A stretch of DNA of 64,000 bases from Takakia lepidozioides (Eukaryota; Plantae; Bryophyta). The notes beneath the pieces were generated by a model, which saw only the letters and a program-made list of their open reading frames with translations, had not been told where the DNA came from and searched no databases. Shown here one piece after another: positions 50,401 to 64,000 of this stretch. Position 1 is the stretch's first letter, and every line of letters starts with the position of its first letter. The stretch lies in the NCBI GenBank assembly GCA_030704615.1, contig CM060734.1, forward strand, positions 7,254,001 to 7,318,000. Direction: 5' to 3'. Position numbers and translations under genes: made by a program.

Positions 50401-51990
50401 CTCTCTCTCGCTCAATTTGGCCTCTTGCATAAGAAATGGATGGGATCATATTAAGCAAGGTGCCTCCTACGTGCCTTTGTTGCTTGGCGGTGGCTGCTCT
50501 CCGGGCAACCTCCCATGCTGGTTTGGCAGCTCTGAAGGAAACAGGCACTTAGCTTTGTTGGCTATTTCATCCTCGGGCTCGCATTGGCAAGGACTGATCT
50601 TTGCAGCAGACTCTGAAGGGCTGCTCTCGCACAATGGGCAAGGGGGGATGCATCATGATGTTGCTTATAGAATTAGAGTCTTTGAAGCTCTCTCTGGTAT
50701 CCCTGACCCCAGGCCTCCTCCCGGAGCTAAGTATTATTGGGCTCAAAGAACCCCCTTGATCTGGTTCTTACGCTTTCCTCTCAGCAGATTACAATTCGAC
50801 CCGGGGGAATGGTCGTGGATGGATGATAAGAAAACCCCCCTTCTTGGTTATACTGTGAAGATGGGTTACAAGCTGCTTCTTGGAAATGCCAACTTCACAG
50901 CCAAATGGAATAGTAAATGGAACGTTGATCTGCAATTCCAAGGCTGGAATGGAGTTTGGAGGGATATTTGGGCCAAGCATCGTTCAGCGAAAATTAGTGC
51001 TTCTCGGGAAGCTGGCCAACCGGATTCTTCCTAGATGGCGGTCACTTTCCCTGACCAGGACCCCTCCTGCATAGTCTGCAATTGCGATATAAGTGAGACC
51101 ATTGAGCATTTTCTGATTGACAGTCATCTCTCCACAAGAGCATGGCATCTTGTGGCAAACTTCTATTATAATTGGAAGTCGCTGCCACCCTTGCTTGTCC
51201 CCTTCTGCTGCTCAATCTGCATAATGGGGTCACTTGAATCAACTGTCTGGTCTGGGCTTGCCTTAGAGCTCACACTCTCTGGTCAATCTGGAAGGCTAGA
51301 TGTAGTTTGATTTTTGAGGGGAAGCGCCCCAGCATCAGATTAATCCTTTACAAATTGTTTTCGGATCTGATGACTGAGGGGCGTAAGGCGTGGGGAGTGT
51401 CTCTGCAAGCAGCTTCCAGCAAGGTGCAGCGAAAGAAGGCGCCAACGGCTTTTCTCGGATTTCGACCTCACCTGGGCTAAGGGCGGCCTCCTCTGCTCCA
51501 GGCTCTCTGACTCTCGAGTCACTTGGAATGACGTCCTCCCCTCGGATTGGCAAGTTGCCAGCTGAGTCCGACGCACCTGACATCAATTGGAAGCACAACA
51601 AGATGCACACATCCAAGTCAAATGTGCAACTTGATTTTGGTCGTTCTAAGTCTGTGTTGCTTAGAGCACCCTTTTTCCTTCTCCTTGCCTCTGTAGCTTG
51701 GCAGCATGTTCTTGCTGTCTCCTGTCCCGGATCTCTCCTTGTTTTTTAGTATTGTTCATCTGTTTCTTATTATCCCCCCTTCCTATTTCTCATTGCCCTC
51801 TACCTTGCCTCTGGTTGGCTCATTCCCGCTTACCCCCCCTTTTTCTCCTGGTGCTGGGTGTTCCCCATGTGTTACGCTTTTACGGCCTTCTCGGAGGTTG
51901 TTTTCTCCTCCCCCTCTGTACTGTTTTGATCTTTTTTTAATAAAATTTTGCAGGGCCGCTGTTCCATGTTCCTTAAAAAAAAACAAAAAA
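47425..51990 (+). mobile_element. Decayed L1-like LINE (endonuclease, RT, Zn finger, poly-A)
   Basis: SWNIQG, FLQEHKL, ILAGDFN; YRPITLLN, LDFKKAFD, VRQGCPLAPYLF, YADD; CIVC..ETIEHF. AATAAA ~51938 and A-rich tail 51974-51991. Confidence 0.9.
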
Positions 51991-54101
51991 AGTCCACCAA
52001 AAGAAAATTGCTTGAGGGGAAATGCCCCCGCCCCAGGGCATTCACGGGCGGGAGCCCGAGGGAAGTACCGACTGCCTGTGAATGCCCGTGGGCGGGAGCA
52101 TTCCCCCGACGTGGCGCCCGATTGGTCCACGTGTCGATCAGCCTGCCTTGGCACCGGAAGGTTGTAGCGGAAGGTGATACTGCAAGCGGAAGGTCCCACA
52201 CGTGGCGCTCCCAGGCACTCCCGGAAGGTTTTTAGCGGAAGGGCTGACTGTCATGATGCCCTGATATTCACAGTTTGGAGATGTGGTCGAAATACAAAGA
52301 GCGAAATAGCAAAGAGGGTTACGGTGTATACTAAGAGAGCCATGGTGAGTTTGACCGGAAATTTCACATAATGTCCCCTAGGAGGCCATTATCCGGTTTA
52401 AAGGCCCAGTGACCCACCCACACGTGTTTTATCGCATTTGACGAGGATTAAAGAACAGAACCGTTTGCCCCACTTCCCACTCTTTCTATTGGCTGATGGC
52501 ATAATGGGCGAGCAGACTTTTCGAAAGCCTGTCTAAGTGTACATCCAATAAGAACTCACAAGCGCATTATGTGTAGGGTAAAGGCTCGACACGAGGCCAT
52601 TACGTGGTTCGAGGCCAGGTCGATGGCACAGCCCGAGACCTACGGCCGAGCACCACGTACTGGCCGAGGGGCGAGGCTTTACCCTCCGTAAAGAAGCGAA
52701 TACGTCCTGCGTTGTATCTCACGCAATCTGATTGGCCAGGAATTATCCCATATCGATTGCCCGTATTCAGCACCCTGTATAGTATATAAACGGGATGAGA
52801 TGTAAGGGAGTGGAGGGTCGGTTTATGGGTGATTATGTTATCCCAATACGAAGTACGTTATATTTCGGGGAGTATGTTTTACAAGGTGTATAACGTACTT
52901 CCCGAAATATAAGGTACTTACCCTAAAATTTGTCCAAATAAGCGTACTCTAACTACGAAGGAAAAAAGTGACGAGGTTCTTTACGTTCAATTTTGAGCGT
53001 TGCTTTATGGTGGTCCAGGCTCGCCTCTTACGCAAGCTGCTCCAAGCTAAACAGAGCTCGGGGATGTCGAATCTCGACAACAAGGTTGGCGCAATGAACC
53101 CAAGTAGGCACTTGTGAGGCATGCGCCGAGAATGCAGGAAGAGAATCCTGTCAAAGAACAAGGGAACTCATGTATGGGCTGATCAAGACTGGGGAGCATA
53201 ATGAACATAATATGATGGGGAACAGAAAGATTATTTTGCTGAACATAAAAGTCTCACTTCGGCTTTTTGGACCTAGCTGGCCAGAGGGGGCTGAATCATT
53301 AGGAGCACAAAGAGAATGAGCCTTTACTTGTATACAGGTTTGATTTCCTGGTCTGCTTTCCTGGTCCTACTGTTATAATGCACTTCTAGTCATGATAATC
53401 GCTTCACAAACAGAGGAGGCAGGTCGACAGCCTCTGGAGAACTGAAGAGATCCTCGGTCTAATTCCTGTGCGTCACCCTGCCAGTTGGAGAGTCGTGGTT
53501 ACCAATCTTGACAATTGAGGGCTTGGTGGCAGCAGTCTGTTAAATCCGGATTGCTACAGATGATCAACATGTTGAACAAACGCTCCATTTAATGCCAAAT
53601 ACAATTAAAACTGCAAAACCAACCAGCAAGAGTTTTCCATTCGGGCATGGAAATTTCATGATTGATACCAGAGCGAGCATCCAAAGATTGAAGCTGACAT
53701 GATCACAGAGGAATGTAACCCTAAGGTAACCAGCATGATCACAGCACAAAATGCAGTGGCTGAGAGATGCCAGCATCCGGAAGTAGACAATTTCTCCTAC
53801 AAAGCGGAGGTCACCTTTTCTCTGACAACTGACAAGTATTCGTGGGATGACACCTGCTAATATACAGCAACCATCCAACATCCCACCGATTGTCAGGCAG
53901 GATGGGAAATAAGCATTCACCTAAAATGTACAAGACACTTCTTCGGTGGTACTCTAGTGCGAGTTCCCAGCAATCAGTCACTGGAAGATTTGTGACTTGG
54001 GTTCTTCCTCCACAAACTACTCAAAACCTTGAAATTGTACTTCCAAATTTTCATGGAGTATCCAGATGCACAAACTAGCTTGAAACCCTTCATTGGGCTT
54101 G

Positions 54102-55198
54102 CTATTTCCCGCCTACGTTTAGCTGCTCGTCGTCAACAGATCTGACAGGCTCGCCAGAATCAGGATTTTGATTGGAAGGAGGTGAAGGTGGCGGCGGGTT
54201 GAAAACAATGGGAAATTTGGTGACTCGAGGCTTGTCAGCCAGGATATTTCGCTGCACGCGATTGATGAGAACTTTGGCAGGAGGTTCTTCACGCAACTGC
54301 TCATCCCAATACTCGTTGCTAACATAGTAACCCACTCTGATAAACTCCTGCCCCATGTAAGAACAAGTCAACAACAGCACTGTCACCCCAATGATGTCCT
54401 CGTCGGGAATCTTCTCCGGCACTGGAGGTTCCGCCTGTAGCCAATGACATCAAATTCCACGCGAAGGTTAGGTCTCTGACTATCATTCTCTGATCGTGGC
54501 TGTATTCTGTGGGGGTAAATCCCTGCAAGGCTATTCCACTAGTTGCAATCGCGAAACACTCATGCGATGCATGTCCCATCCTCTGCATTTGTGTCTAAGT
54601 TCCTAAAATGACTAGTTCTTCCATGAGACTATCTCTGCGGTGAACAAACCTTCCTATCATTGTCACTTTTCCTTCTCGAGCAGTTGTGCAAATGGAAGGA
54701 GGCTCTGACGGTACCTGGAACACAAATCGGTAATTTCCCACATTTACAGGTCCCACAAGCACACTCTCCAAAACTTGGTCATATTTCTCATCCTCGGCGG
54801 ATCCCACGTAGATCAGCTTCCATTCCAGGTCTGCACAAATCCTTCCCATCACCCCCAATATCACATGCCAATCCGAATGGTGCTATGTACAGGATGGTCC
54901 ATCGGATCTCGCTTAGTCCAAAATTAGCTTATTCACATGGAGTATACACAAAGAATCTCGAAGGTGTAAGGAAATCAAACTTCAAATCATGCTTTGGATT
55001 TCGACCCTTCATGTACACCGATGATCCATCAGAAGAGCTGTCCAGTCATCGCTTTCAGCGCAAGGAGCTGGAAAAGGTGTAATTCTCACCATATTTCAAA
55101 GGTACAAGACACTCGTAGGATATCTCGAACTGAAAGGGGTTGACAAACATAGACGGATTGTCGAGCACCGTCACGTTGGTTACATTCACAGCACTCAT
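54102..55198 (-). CDS. ASF1: Histone H3-H4 chaperone ASF1, 185 aa; exons 55198-55090, 54830-54715, 54434-54102
   Basis: MSAVNVTNVTVLDNP..FQFEISYECL / DLEWKLIYVGSAEDEKYDQVLESVLVGPV / GVTVLLLTCSYMGQEFIRVGYYV...KPRVTKFPI. GT-AG introns give a continuous frame (109+116+333 bp). Confidence 0.97.
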
Positions 55199-57988
55199 TG
55201 CTCGGCCTCCCAGCTTCTCCTGGTTGATGAAAACCAACCCTCCTGCGTTTATTCCACTAAAAACCCTATCATGCGGGATGCCTCGTCTCTCATCAGCAGG
55301 TCGGGGTCATCCTCTGAATGATTACATTCCGGCTGAGTCAGTGCTGACAAGCTCTCGATGAAATGCAAAAATTCTGGCGGGGGCGAAGAAAATCACGATC
55401 CTCTACGGTTCCCGACCTTCACACCAAGGCAGGTGGTCTTAATGTTGGGGCCAAAGGCACAAGCACAGTTTGTAACTTGATCCTGGAAAACCCTCGTACT
55501 AATAGAAACGGTGCTTCCTCTTAAGCTCCGGCGGTTGAGAAGGGGCGACTTTCCTCTACAGCACTGTCTTGTGAGGGAACGGATGCTCAATTTGACACCT
55601 TATCTCCGGTGCCTTCAACAACACGTAATCACAGCGAGAATCTTCCGCAAACCCCTGTTCTCGCATAAGTGCGGTGGCCGGCTCCGGGGAGGTGTATGGC
55701 AAAGGTGAGGTCGATCTTCTCGACGACAATCACGGATTTCCGAAAGAATCTTGCACCCACTAACCAATTTGTTCTCCAAAGAAGCCACTGTTGCATCGGG
55801 ACAAGAAACCCAACTAGAATTCCGCCCCTAAGTCACAAAACAGCATATGGGTTCTCACAACAGCAGGAATCCCCAGTCTCCAGAGCGCAAATAGCTCCTA
55901 ACCCCTGTCTCTGAGAAAATAATGCACTCGCTCTCTCTCCTCTGTCTCTCCCCTGGAATGAAAGGTTACATAGTGATACAGTGTCTAGGGCTTGATTTGT
56001 ATACTCCAGGCAAAGGTCTAGTCTGCTTTCCAAGATTTCGCGCCTCCTCACCAGTTTCGCCGCGGGTTGCATGTTTTGCCACTATTCCATCTTTGCAAAG
56101 CAAATGTTCAGATACACTCTACGAACCACCCACCAAAATGCAAATGCTTCCATCGATCACACACATCGGGGCCCAACTTTTGAGCTGGACATTCAAACCG
56201 AGAGTTTGTTGTGAAATTCTTGGTGCGTGCAATCAAAGCTTGCAACAAACAATCAGACGAACAATCAAAGATTGTTTGATCCAAGCCCATACTTACAAAT
56301 TTGTTCAGGGATTTGAAAAAACACAGCGGGAGATTTGGCGAAACCCCAACATTCAAATGAGCGCGGGTTGGCGCCCCCTTTCTCCCGCGCTCCCCTCATC
56401 GAAGTCTACGTATCCATATATACATAACTAGATACATACCGACATACACACATATGTATGTAGTGTGTACTAGGTATTCCATAGTTCATATACGTATACG
56501 TATATGGGAAGGTGTCGCAGTTCCCTAATTTTCCGACATAGGGTTGCCTGATTTACTTCTCAATTGCTTGCTTATTTGATTTGATTCGGAAAAAAAAAAA
56601 TCTATGAACGTTGGAAGGATGCACACTCAGATCGTCGGATGAGCATACCTGTTGGTCGTGTTGCACCCTTCTGTGATGGGCTTTTGGGTTTTGTGGAGGA
56701 CTGCACTGCACCTGTTGTTGTGATTTGTATGATTTGCAGTAAAACAATGTTGTGATTCGAAGGCAGAAAGACTTCAGGGATAATCCAAGGTATGCGTCTT
56801 TTGATTCGAGCTAGAGACAAATTTCGTGCTCTTACATGCGACGGACACATGGTTGAACAATAGAATCCAGCTGATGTAAGGGAGTTCATGGAGGCTGCAA
56901 GCTGCAGCCACAATTGTTTGCACCATCAGCAAGAATAAGAATACGTTACTTTCATGCTCCACACCACTCCTCTCATCACAACTGTTGTCTCTTTTCTGTC
57001 ACTTGTTCACAAAGGGGCCTGTGTCACTTGCTACAAGAGGACCATACAGGTTTGTCTATACACGCTTGACAGTAGCCGTCAGCAGAACACTCCATATCAA
57101 CAGATTATTTTTTCAATCCCATTCCATCACAGTAAATCATGTATTGCACTGATAAAAATGTTAGAACAGCATGTTGAGTCGCACGGGCCAGCTATCCCTC
57201 AGGAATTTAGGGCACCACGACGGCTAGACCACCGTTCATCTGGAGGACATCATTACCGCCCTGTATACCGTATGGTGAACTGTGGCCAGCACAGATGCCC
57301 TATAGAACCGTGAACGAATACGAAGTAGCCAACGAGTCACTGCTTGTGTTAAACTCCGAGATGTACGCTCCAGATCACCCCACCGACCGTGGTAATCATA
57401 CACCACTAACCATCGATCATAACATGGAGGCAGAACGACAGCGCAATCCAACAGATTGCCAAAAGACGGCGGATGATAAGGACAAAGCCATTAAACCAAA
57501 CTGCAAGTACTACGCACACGCCGCCCATCTAAAAACAGACCACGTACCAAAGTGGATGAACACATCCAAGATGGATGAACATAAACTAACCGAAATCGGA
57601 CAATCATCAACGACCATCAGTTCGATCCAAAACAAATCATGAAGAAAACACCAACGGAAGAAAATCAGGCACAAAAGGGATGAAGTTTTCTCAAAACCGT
57701 TACCAGAAGCTAAATGCTTCTTGGTAAGCCTAGGCCCAACAATTAAAGCTAACTGCGCTTTAAACCTAGGGAAACAGCAGGACAAAATTACCTCCACGAG
57801 AACCTTGAGAGAAGTTAGAGGAGAAGCCTACAGAGGAGAACCCCTACTTAAACCCAGAAACGAACTCCTCACCTTCTCTTCCGCAAACTGGAAATTGCTG
57901 TCTACACAACTTCCAGTGTGCTTCATACTGCTTATGATACAGGAATTGGTGCTTCAATTCCTTACAGCAACCGCAAGACTAAGAGAAA

Positions 57989-58530
57989 TGGCAGGCACCA
58001 AGCGGAAGGCACCAAGTTTTTATGCGCAAGTGAATTTCAAAATCAGCTCGGCGTTGCGGAAGATTGAGTAGGACACAGAGACATAGGAGACGTTGGACAG
58101 TCTTGGCCTGCGATACTTCATCACCACGCTGGACTGGAACCTTAAGCACAACGAGCTGTGCAGGGAGTTCTTGGAGAATTACAACAACAGCACTCGGAGC
58201 ACAAATGTCCGCGACACACATATTCTGCTGACGGAGAAGTACTTAGCAGAAGTGTTTCACCTTTCCAGTCTGGACGTACCGGCGCACAACGGCAAACCTC
58301 CAAGGTTTGTACTTGCAGATTTGTTTGAGAATCTCAACCAAGCAGATCAGGGCTACACATGCAGTCACAGCAAAAGCCTCGGCTTTAGGAAGATAGCCTC
58401 GGTACTTAACACGTTGCTTTGCCTCAGGCAAAACCACAACTACTGTACCAAGGAGCTAATCCATCAAGTGTTGATTTGCCTCAATGGGCAAATCGTGAAT
58501 TGGGCAAGCTTCTTATTGAAGACATTATAG
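57989..58530 (+). pseudogene. Plant transposon accessory-protein-like ORF remnant
   Basis: LGLRYF..LCREFLENY..LTEKYLAEVFHL..GQIVNWASFL resembles extra ORFs of plant LTR elements. In-frame stops near the start. Confidence 0.5.
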
Positions 58531-58864
58531 ACTTCCTTTGCCCACCACAGGTGATGGAAAGAAAAAAGTAATGGACGTGGGGAGGGTATATTCTAGAAAA
58601 AAGGTAGAAAACAGCCACGTGAGATTCTAAAATGGTAAAGCAATGAAGAAGGACGAAATAGGTGGGAGTGACCAAATGGAGAGCGGACAAAAACTCTCCC
58701 CTCCCCCCCCAAGCAAACATCTTTGCGCCTTGCGTTGGCAAAAGTCCGAAAACTACAAAAAACCAAGGAACCACTCTTACGGAGGAGCAAAAATGAACAT
58801 GGGGGGGGGGGGGGTAGGGGTTATATAATCCCCCAAGAGGCATGTGCATGAGGAGGCAATCGTG

Positions 58865-59655
58865 CCTCGGCACGTGTCCACGCGACTGGCCAGTTGCGCG
58901 AATCCATGCTTTTTTCTGGGTGTTTCTTTAAAATAAAACTATAGGCGATCGCCGAAATTGGGCGGTCGCATACACTTTGATAAATGAAAAACAAGCGACT
59001 ATCTATATTCGGCGGTCGCTTTAGTTTAAAAAAAAAAAAACCTACGACTGCCCTCATTCGGCGGTCGCTCCTAACCAGTAATAAAAAATACTTGCGATCG
59101 TCAATATACGGCGGTTGCTTCTATTAAAAAAAACTAAATATTTGCGACCGCCGATATTCGGCGGTAGTTTTAATTTAAAGAAAATCATAAATACCTGCGA
59201 CCGCCGAATTTCGGTGGTAGCAGATATTTAATTTAATAATTAAATATAAGCGACCGCTGCACTTAATTAAATATCTGCGACCACCAAAATTCAGCGGTCG
59301 CTCAGATAAATTAAATATTAGCAAAACTGCCAAAATGCAAAAATTCTATCAAAATTCATATACAAATAAATATATGCGACCGCCGAATTACGACGGTTGC
59401 TTGTGTTTACAAAAACATAAATTGAAGCGATTGCCGAAATTTGGCGGTTGCTTGAATCATATATCTGAAATTCGGAGGTCGCTAATATTTAAATACATAA
59501 ATATATACATGCGACCGCCAAATTACGACGGTCGCTTGTGTTTTACAAAAACATAAATTGAAACGATCGCCGAAATTCGGCGGTCGCTTGAATCTTATAT
59601 ATCTGAAATAATAATGTTTATAAAATAGAATAAACACATGTCCACGTGTGCTATA
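58865..59655. mobile_element. AT-rich MITE-like element with GCGACCGCCGAAnTTCGGCGGTCGC palindromes
   Basis: A dozen or more full or half palindromes, a duplicated ~135-bp unit (~59370 and ~59505), and CACGTG-containing ends. Confidence 0.55.
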
Positions 59656-59689
59656 CACCATGGCTACCATGTCATTCATACCATGTTAT

Positions 59690-60475
59690 ACAATCTCTTC
59701 TTTGTAAGCAAAGCTACTAGTCATGGACTCGGTAATATCGAATTTTTCGGTGATCATTGTTTAATCAAGTCACTTGATGAGACTGGTCAATCTTTAAAGA
59801 CACTGCGATGTAAGTAGGAGGGCATCTTTATCCAGTTGGAGTAGGCCTTGTTCATTGTGTTCCTAAACACTACACGCAATCTTCTGATATGTGTGACAAC
59901 CCAACCCCTAATTTGCAGATTGTCTTATGGCATCATAGGTTAGGGCATTTGCATCTGAATGCAATAAAACAGATGCAACATTCAGAGATGGTTGTGGGTC
60001 TAGATGGAAAACTTACAACTCTACCTCTTTGTGAAGGGGTGTATAATCGGTAAACATCATTTGACCAATTTTTCTACCGAGTCAAGTTCCAAAACCACAA
60101 TGTTATCAGAGCTAGTTCATACAGACATATGTAGCCCAATGCAAACACAATCCCTTGGAGGTGCAAGATACTTTGCACTCTTCATCGATGACTATTCTCG
60201 ATATGCAATTTTTATTTCCTTTGAAATAAATCTGATGTGTTTGATAGATTTAAAGCCTACAAGCTGGCTTTAGTCGAATATCAGACTGGACGGACAATAT
60301 TCAGAACCCGTAGGTCTGATAATGGCGGGGAAGTTATTTCTAGCGAGTTCAATACCTTCTGTGAGGTGCATGGCATTGCCAGGCTATTTACCAACTCTTA
60401 CACACCCCAACAAAATGGAGTCTATGACCGAAAAAATAGAACCTTGATGGAATCTGCCCGAAGAATGCTCGAGTT
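59690..60475 (+). pseudogene. Ty1/copia pre-integrase and integrase fragment
   Basis: LWHHRLGHL, LVHTDICSPM, FIDDYSRY, RSDNGGE, YTPQQNGV. Confidence 0.9.
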
Positions 60476-60639
60476 AGCATGGGGGGCTCTCTTATTCAAG
60501 AGAGTCTCTAAGTCCAATGGCTTGGCAACAAATAATAAGCTTTGGCTTTGGAAGTGCCTTTGTGAGCAAATCAGCCCACATGTCTTCTGTCGCACAATAA
60601 CGTAATATATCTCTCACTCTAAACACTAATGTTTGAGTG

Positions 60640-62000
60640 TTAGTATTTTTGAGCAGAAATCAGCAGGGAGAGACAATGCTTGGAGAGAGATCGGGCTGTG
60701 ACCCGCATTGTATTGGTAGGACTGAGTAGCCAGGCACCCCTGTTGGGGGATCGCCTTGTTAGTATAGCATACGAAGGGAGAATTCCGGATGAGCAGTGTG
60801 TCGTTGTGTCCTTGTGATTGGTGGTTTTATTGCTTTTTGTGTGGTTCAACAATAGGTCCTGCCCCAACGTGCTACGCTGTGGTTCCATAGCGCAACCATC
60901 GGAGGGCAAGAGTGGGATTTCAGGAGGGGCAGAGCAGGTGACAATGACACTTTTGGTCATTTCTTTCATTGAAATTGTGAGTATGATCTCGGCTTTGATC
61001 CAGGCTTTGTCAGGGGATTGCGCGAGGTTTGCTTCGGAGAGTATGTCGGAGAGTTTTAGCATAAGGTGTGAGGATGTTGGTTGGAAGTGCTTTAGGAAGG
61101 TGACTATGTTATTGTGGGGGAATGGGTGATAAATTCTAGATTGCGGCGATGGAACATGTATGGGTGGAATAGGTCTTAAGGGGATGAGGGATGGTGGGAT
61201 GGTTACTGAAACGGGATAATGGGCTGAGTTGCATAAATTATTAATGTGCACATGACTGTTAAGGTACGTTGGGATGTCATTTTGTGTCTTGAGGTAGAAG
61301 CCGTCAAGAAGGCTTAAGGATGAGTAATTGAGTCCACCTTGTCTGGAATAATGGTGATTGGTGGGTACGGAGGTGATGTGATTGAGTAAATTTGGCCCAT
61401 TCCTGGTCTGCGGGGGATGTTTTGTGTATACCGTGACCCATGAGGGCAATGTCCCTGGTGAAATCGCCTGCTAGAATGTAGTGCTGGGAGTGGATGGAGG
61501 AGTGGGTTAGTATGTTGGAGATAGTGACTAGGATATCACGGATCAGGGGGAGATCTTCGACGTGTGAGGGCATGTACAAGTGTATAAGGATAATGGGGGG
61601 GAGCGCGGGGAGGTGTAGTTTGATGATTTGAAGGTGTGATCGGAGGGGGAGAGTGATAGGTATTTTGACCGTGGTGCAAGGGGAGTGATGGGTGCGGAGG
61701 ATATCAAAAGCCACCCCGCCCCGGGTAGGATGGTATGGCGTGGAGCGTCTAGTTAGGCACTGTGCGGCTGTGAATGAGTTACCATACAACATATAGTAGG
61801 TTGGAAGCAGTTTGTCGATATAGGAATTATTGGGGTTGTGTGTGTTGAGTTTAGTTTCTTGTAATAGGATGATATGTGGGGGTGTAGAATCCGTGAGATA
61901 GGAAGGTAGACAGGCTTCGTAGGAAGAATGAGCGAGGACCAGCTTGACCAAGCTATCCTTGCTCTTGTACACTACACGAGGGGAGAGCGTGAATTTTACA
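60640..62000 (-). pseudogene. LINE apurinic-type endonuclease fragment
   Basis: HIILLQETKL, GGVAF, IHLYMPSH, YILAGDF motifs; frameshifted. Confidence 0.75.
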
Positions 62001-63059
62001 CATTGCCCTTGCGTAACTAGTCTATTAGAGCTGATCGGGAGGGCTTTGACGCGGTTCTAGCGAGAGGGTAATGAAGAAGAGCTACCAAGTGGACGTTAGC
62101 CTTCGTAGTACGATAAGAAGTCGTAGCTTCTGGTGGTAGTTCGTTTGAGGGAAAGGAGGAGGCAGGTAGTAATTAAACAACAACAACTGCCCTAGACAGA
62201 TTGACAAAGGATAAGGCGGCCTCCATCCGCTTTCAAGCCAAATGCAAACAAATACATCTGCGCCAAACCCCCAACCAAAAAGTGGCTAATTGACAGCATT
62301 GTTACCCCGGCTGCCACTTATGGTTGTGAATTATAGGCACATGGTGTCCCAGTTTCCTAGTGGGAAAAGAATGTGGAATGAGTCATCTTTCTCCAAACAA
62401 TGCTTGGCGCCAGAGGCACAACTCCATCTCACATCCTAGGTGCAGAGTTCGCATGTTGTTGAAAAAAAACGTAGATAGAACAACAAAGAGGATTGTATAG
62501 AAGCTCTCCACCCAACCATAGAAGCATACAACATGAACAACTGATATGTGGCTTCACCCCCGAGCTTCTTATATAGTTCTAGCTAGGCTAAAAGCAATCG
62601 CCATTTAGAATTACTTTTACTATATGTGTTAAGTAGTCCCATAATGGACTAAAGTACGACGCCTCCCCAAGGAAGCGTAACTTATGGAATCACTTCACTC
62701 CCCAAGGGCTACAGCCTTCCGCTAGGAAGGTGGACACCTTCATGACACACCAGACCGTGGTGTGAACCCACAAAGAACAATTCTCGGAACATTAGGGGTG
62801 TCAATTTCTGCTACGATTGTCGAATCTCTGCCACTTCAACTTTGACGACAATTTCAGTATCCCATGTACAGCCATTTTAGTTGGCATGTTATTGCTACCA
62901 CACTAAAGTGCTGAAATTTCTATCACGCTTTGAATTTGCTCTCATTGCAAAGGCCAGTGAATTGATTAGTCAGCTAGTGTGAACAGGTTTGTGATCTGAA
63001 ATAGTCTAGCCAAGGACATGATCCCTCAGTCAAGTTCTTTAGCTTCATGTTATGTATTA

Positions 63060-64000
63060 GTACCTTCCAGCAGTCCAACTAGTCTTCTCACAATATCAGT
63101 CTCAAACTCTGATGCATAGAGAGACTTCATTAATATTCCTTGGGGAAAATTTCAGGAACTAGTAGAGAGACCTACTTAGCTTGCATTTCCTGATCCCTGG
63201 ACTCTGTGAGGGATGATTTGACATGAAATCTCAGATATTGAGTTCCAGCTAATCTGTTGCTGTCTAACTGAAGCCACCATGGACACTTATCAAATGTTTT
63301 CACCCCAATTCGAGCCTCTTGTTTGTCTCTATATTTGATACAACGCTTACAAGTTACTTGGCTTTCCAAAATAAGCTGTAGGGTGAATACACGAAGTGGC
63401 ACAATAATTTGTTGTTGTTTACCTGCAGTTCCAGGTGACCACACCAGTCCAATTGACGGATGGCCACTTGCCATCGACACTCCATTTGCAAGTGCGAGAA
63501 GTGCAAGTTCAGTCGTGGAGAGATGTCAAACTGCACTGACGGGCAGTAAGACGTGCAGCGCACGTGAATGCGATTATTCCCAGATACTCATCTACACAAC
63601 AGGATGCCCTGTCTACATAACTTTGGTAATGCATTTTGATATGGCTGACATGGACTTAGTGTAAGGTGCAGACGTTGGAAGTCAATTTTACATTCAACAT
63701 ATCATATGGTGAATCCTGAAGGGACACAACTCTTACACATTAAGTTGTGATCTGTGTGACTTAGACCTATTGGTTGTATGAATAGTCAATGCTCAATTAC
63801 TCTCTCTCTCTAATTTCTACAAGACTGAAGACTGCAGGCGCCAATATGCCAACGTCCAAGTCCAAGCCATGCTTACCAGAGTTCTCTGCAAATATGTGCG
63901 GTATGCTAGATGCCGGTGGTTCTGAGCGTGTTCGCAACTGATTCTTCACTATTGTAGGTGGGCAAGTCCACCTTCCCGCCGGAAGGCAGTAGTCCTCCTT
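63060..64000 (-). other. Possible exons of an unidentified spliced gene or pseudogene running off the window
   Basis: Short protein-like segments ending at GT donors (e.g. HIFAENS|GTAAG ~63885, GLVWSPGTA|GT ~63422, IVRRLVGLLE|GT ~63063). The frame cannot be fully reconstructed. Confidence 0.3.

Noticed and set aside
54102-55198. Functional link between ASF1 and the chromatin-related TE domains
   Set aside because: An ordinary spliced host gene outside any element boundary. Proximity alone is not evidence.
28305-60475. Copia fragments at 28.4 kb and 59.7 kb as one interrupted element
   Set aside because: This would enclose ASF1, and no matching junctions, TSD or 3' LTR support it.

Overview
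Eukaryotic, repeat-dense plant DNA. The element repertoire suggests a non-seed land plant or streptophyte, but the species cannot be fixed from sequence. Only one clear host gene is present: a three-exon histone chaperone ASF1 on the minus strand (54102-55198). The first 27.7 kb is a nest of three degenerate copies of one unusual Ty3/gypsy-type retrotransposon family. Its single polyprotein reads Gag - protease - C5 cytosine DNA methyltransferase - RT - RNase H - integrase - PHD finger. Two copies have 4-bp target-site duplications. These show the integrated element does not end in two matching LTRs. It starts with a ~320-350 bp segment 'B' (TGTCAAG...TATCA) and ends with a different 85-176 bp segment 'A' (TGTG...CACGACA). 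A and B are also found joined through a GACA-GC-TGTC palindrome, and the primer-binding site is complementary to B itself rather than matching a tRNA PBS I recognise. The rest of the window holds a copia 5' fragment and a Mutator-like transposase facing away from a ParB/Srx-motif gene across a palindromic ~210 bp tandem array. A full-length chromovirus is inserted in that array. There is also a second Ty3 family, a decayed L1-like LINE, MITE-like palindrome arrays, and copia and LINE fragments. All calls were made by eye; no database searches were run.
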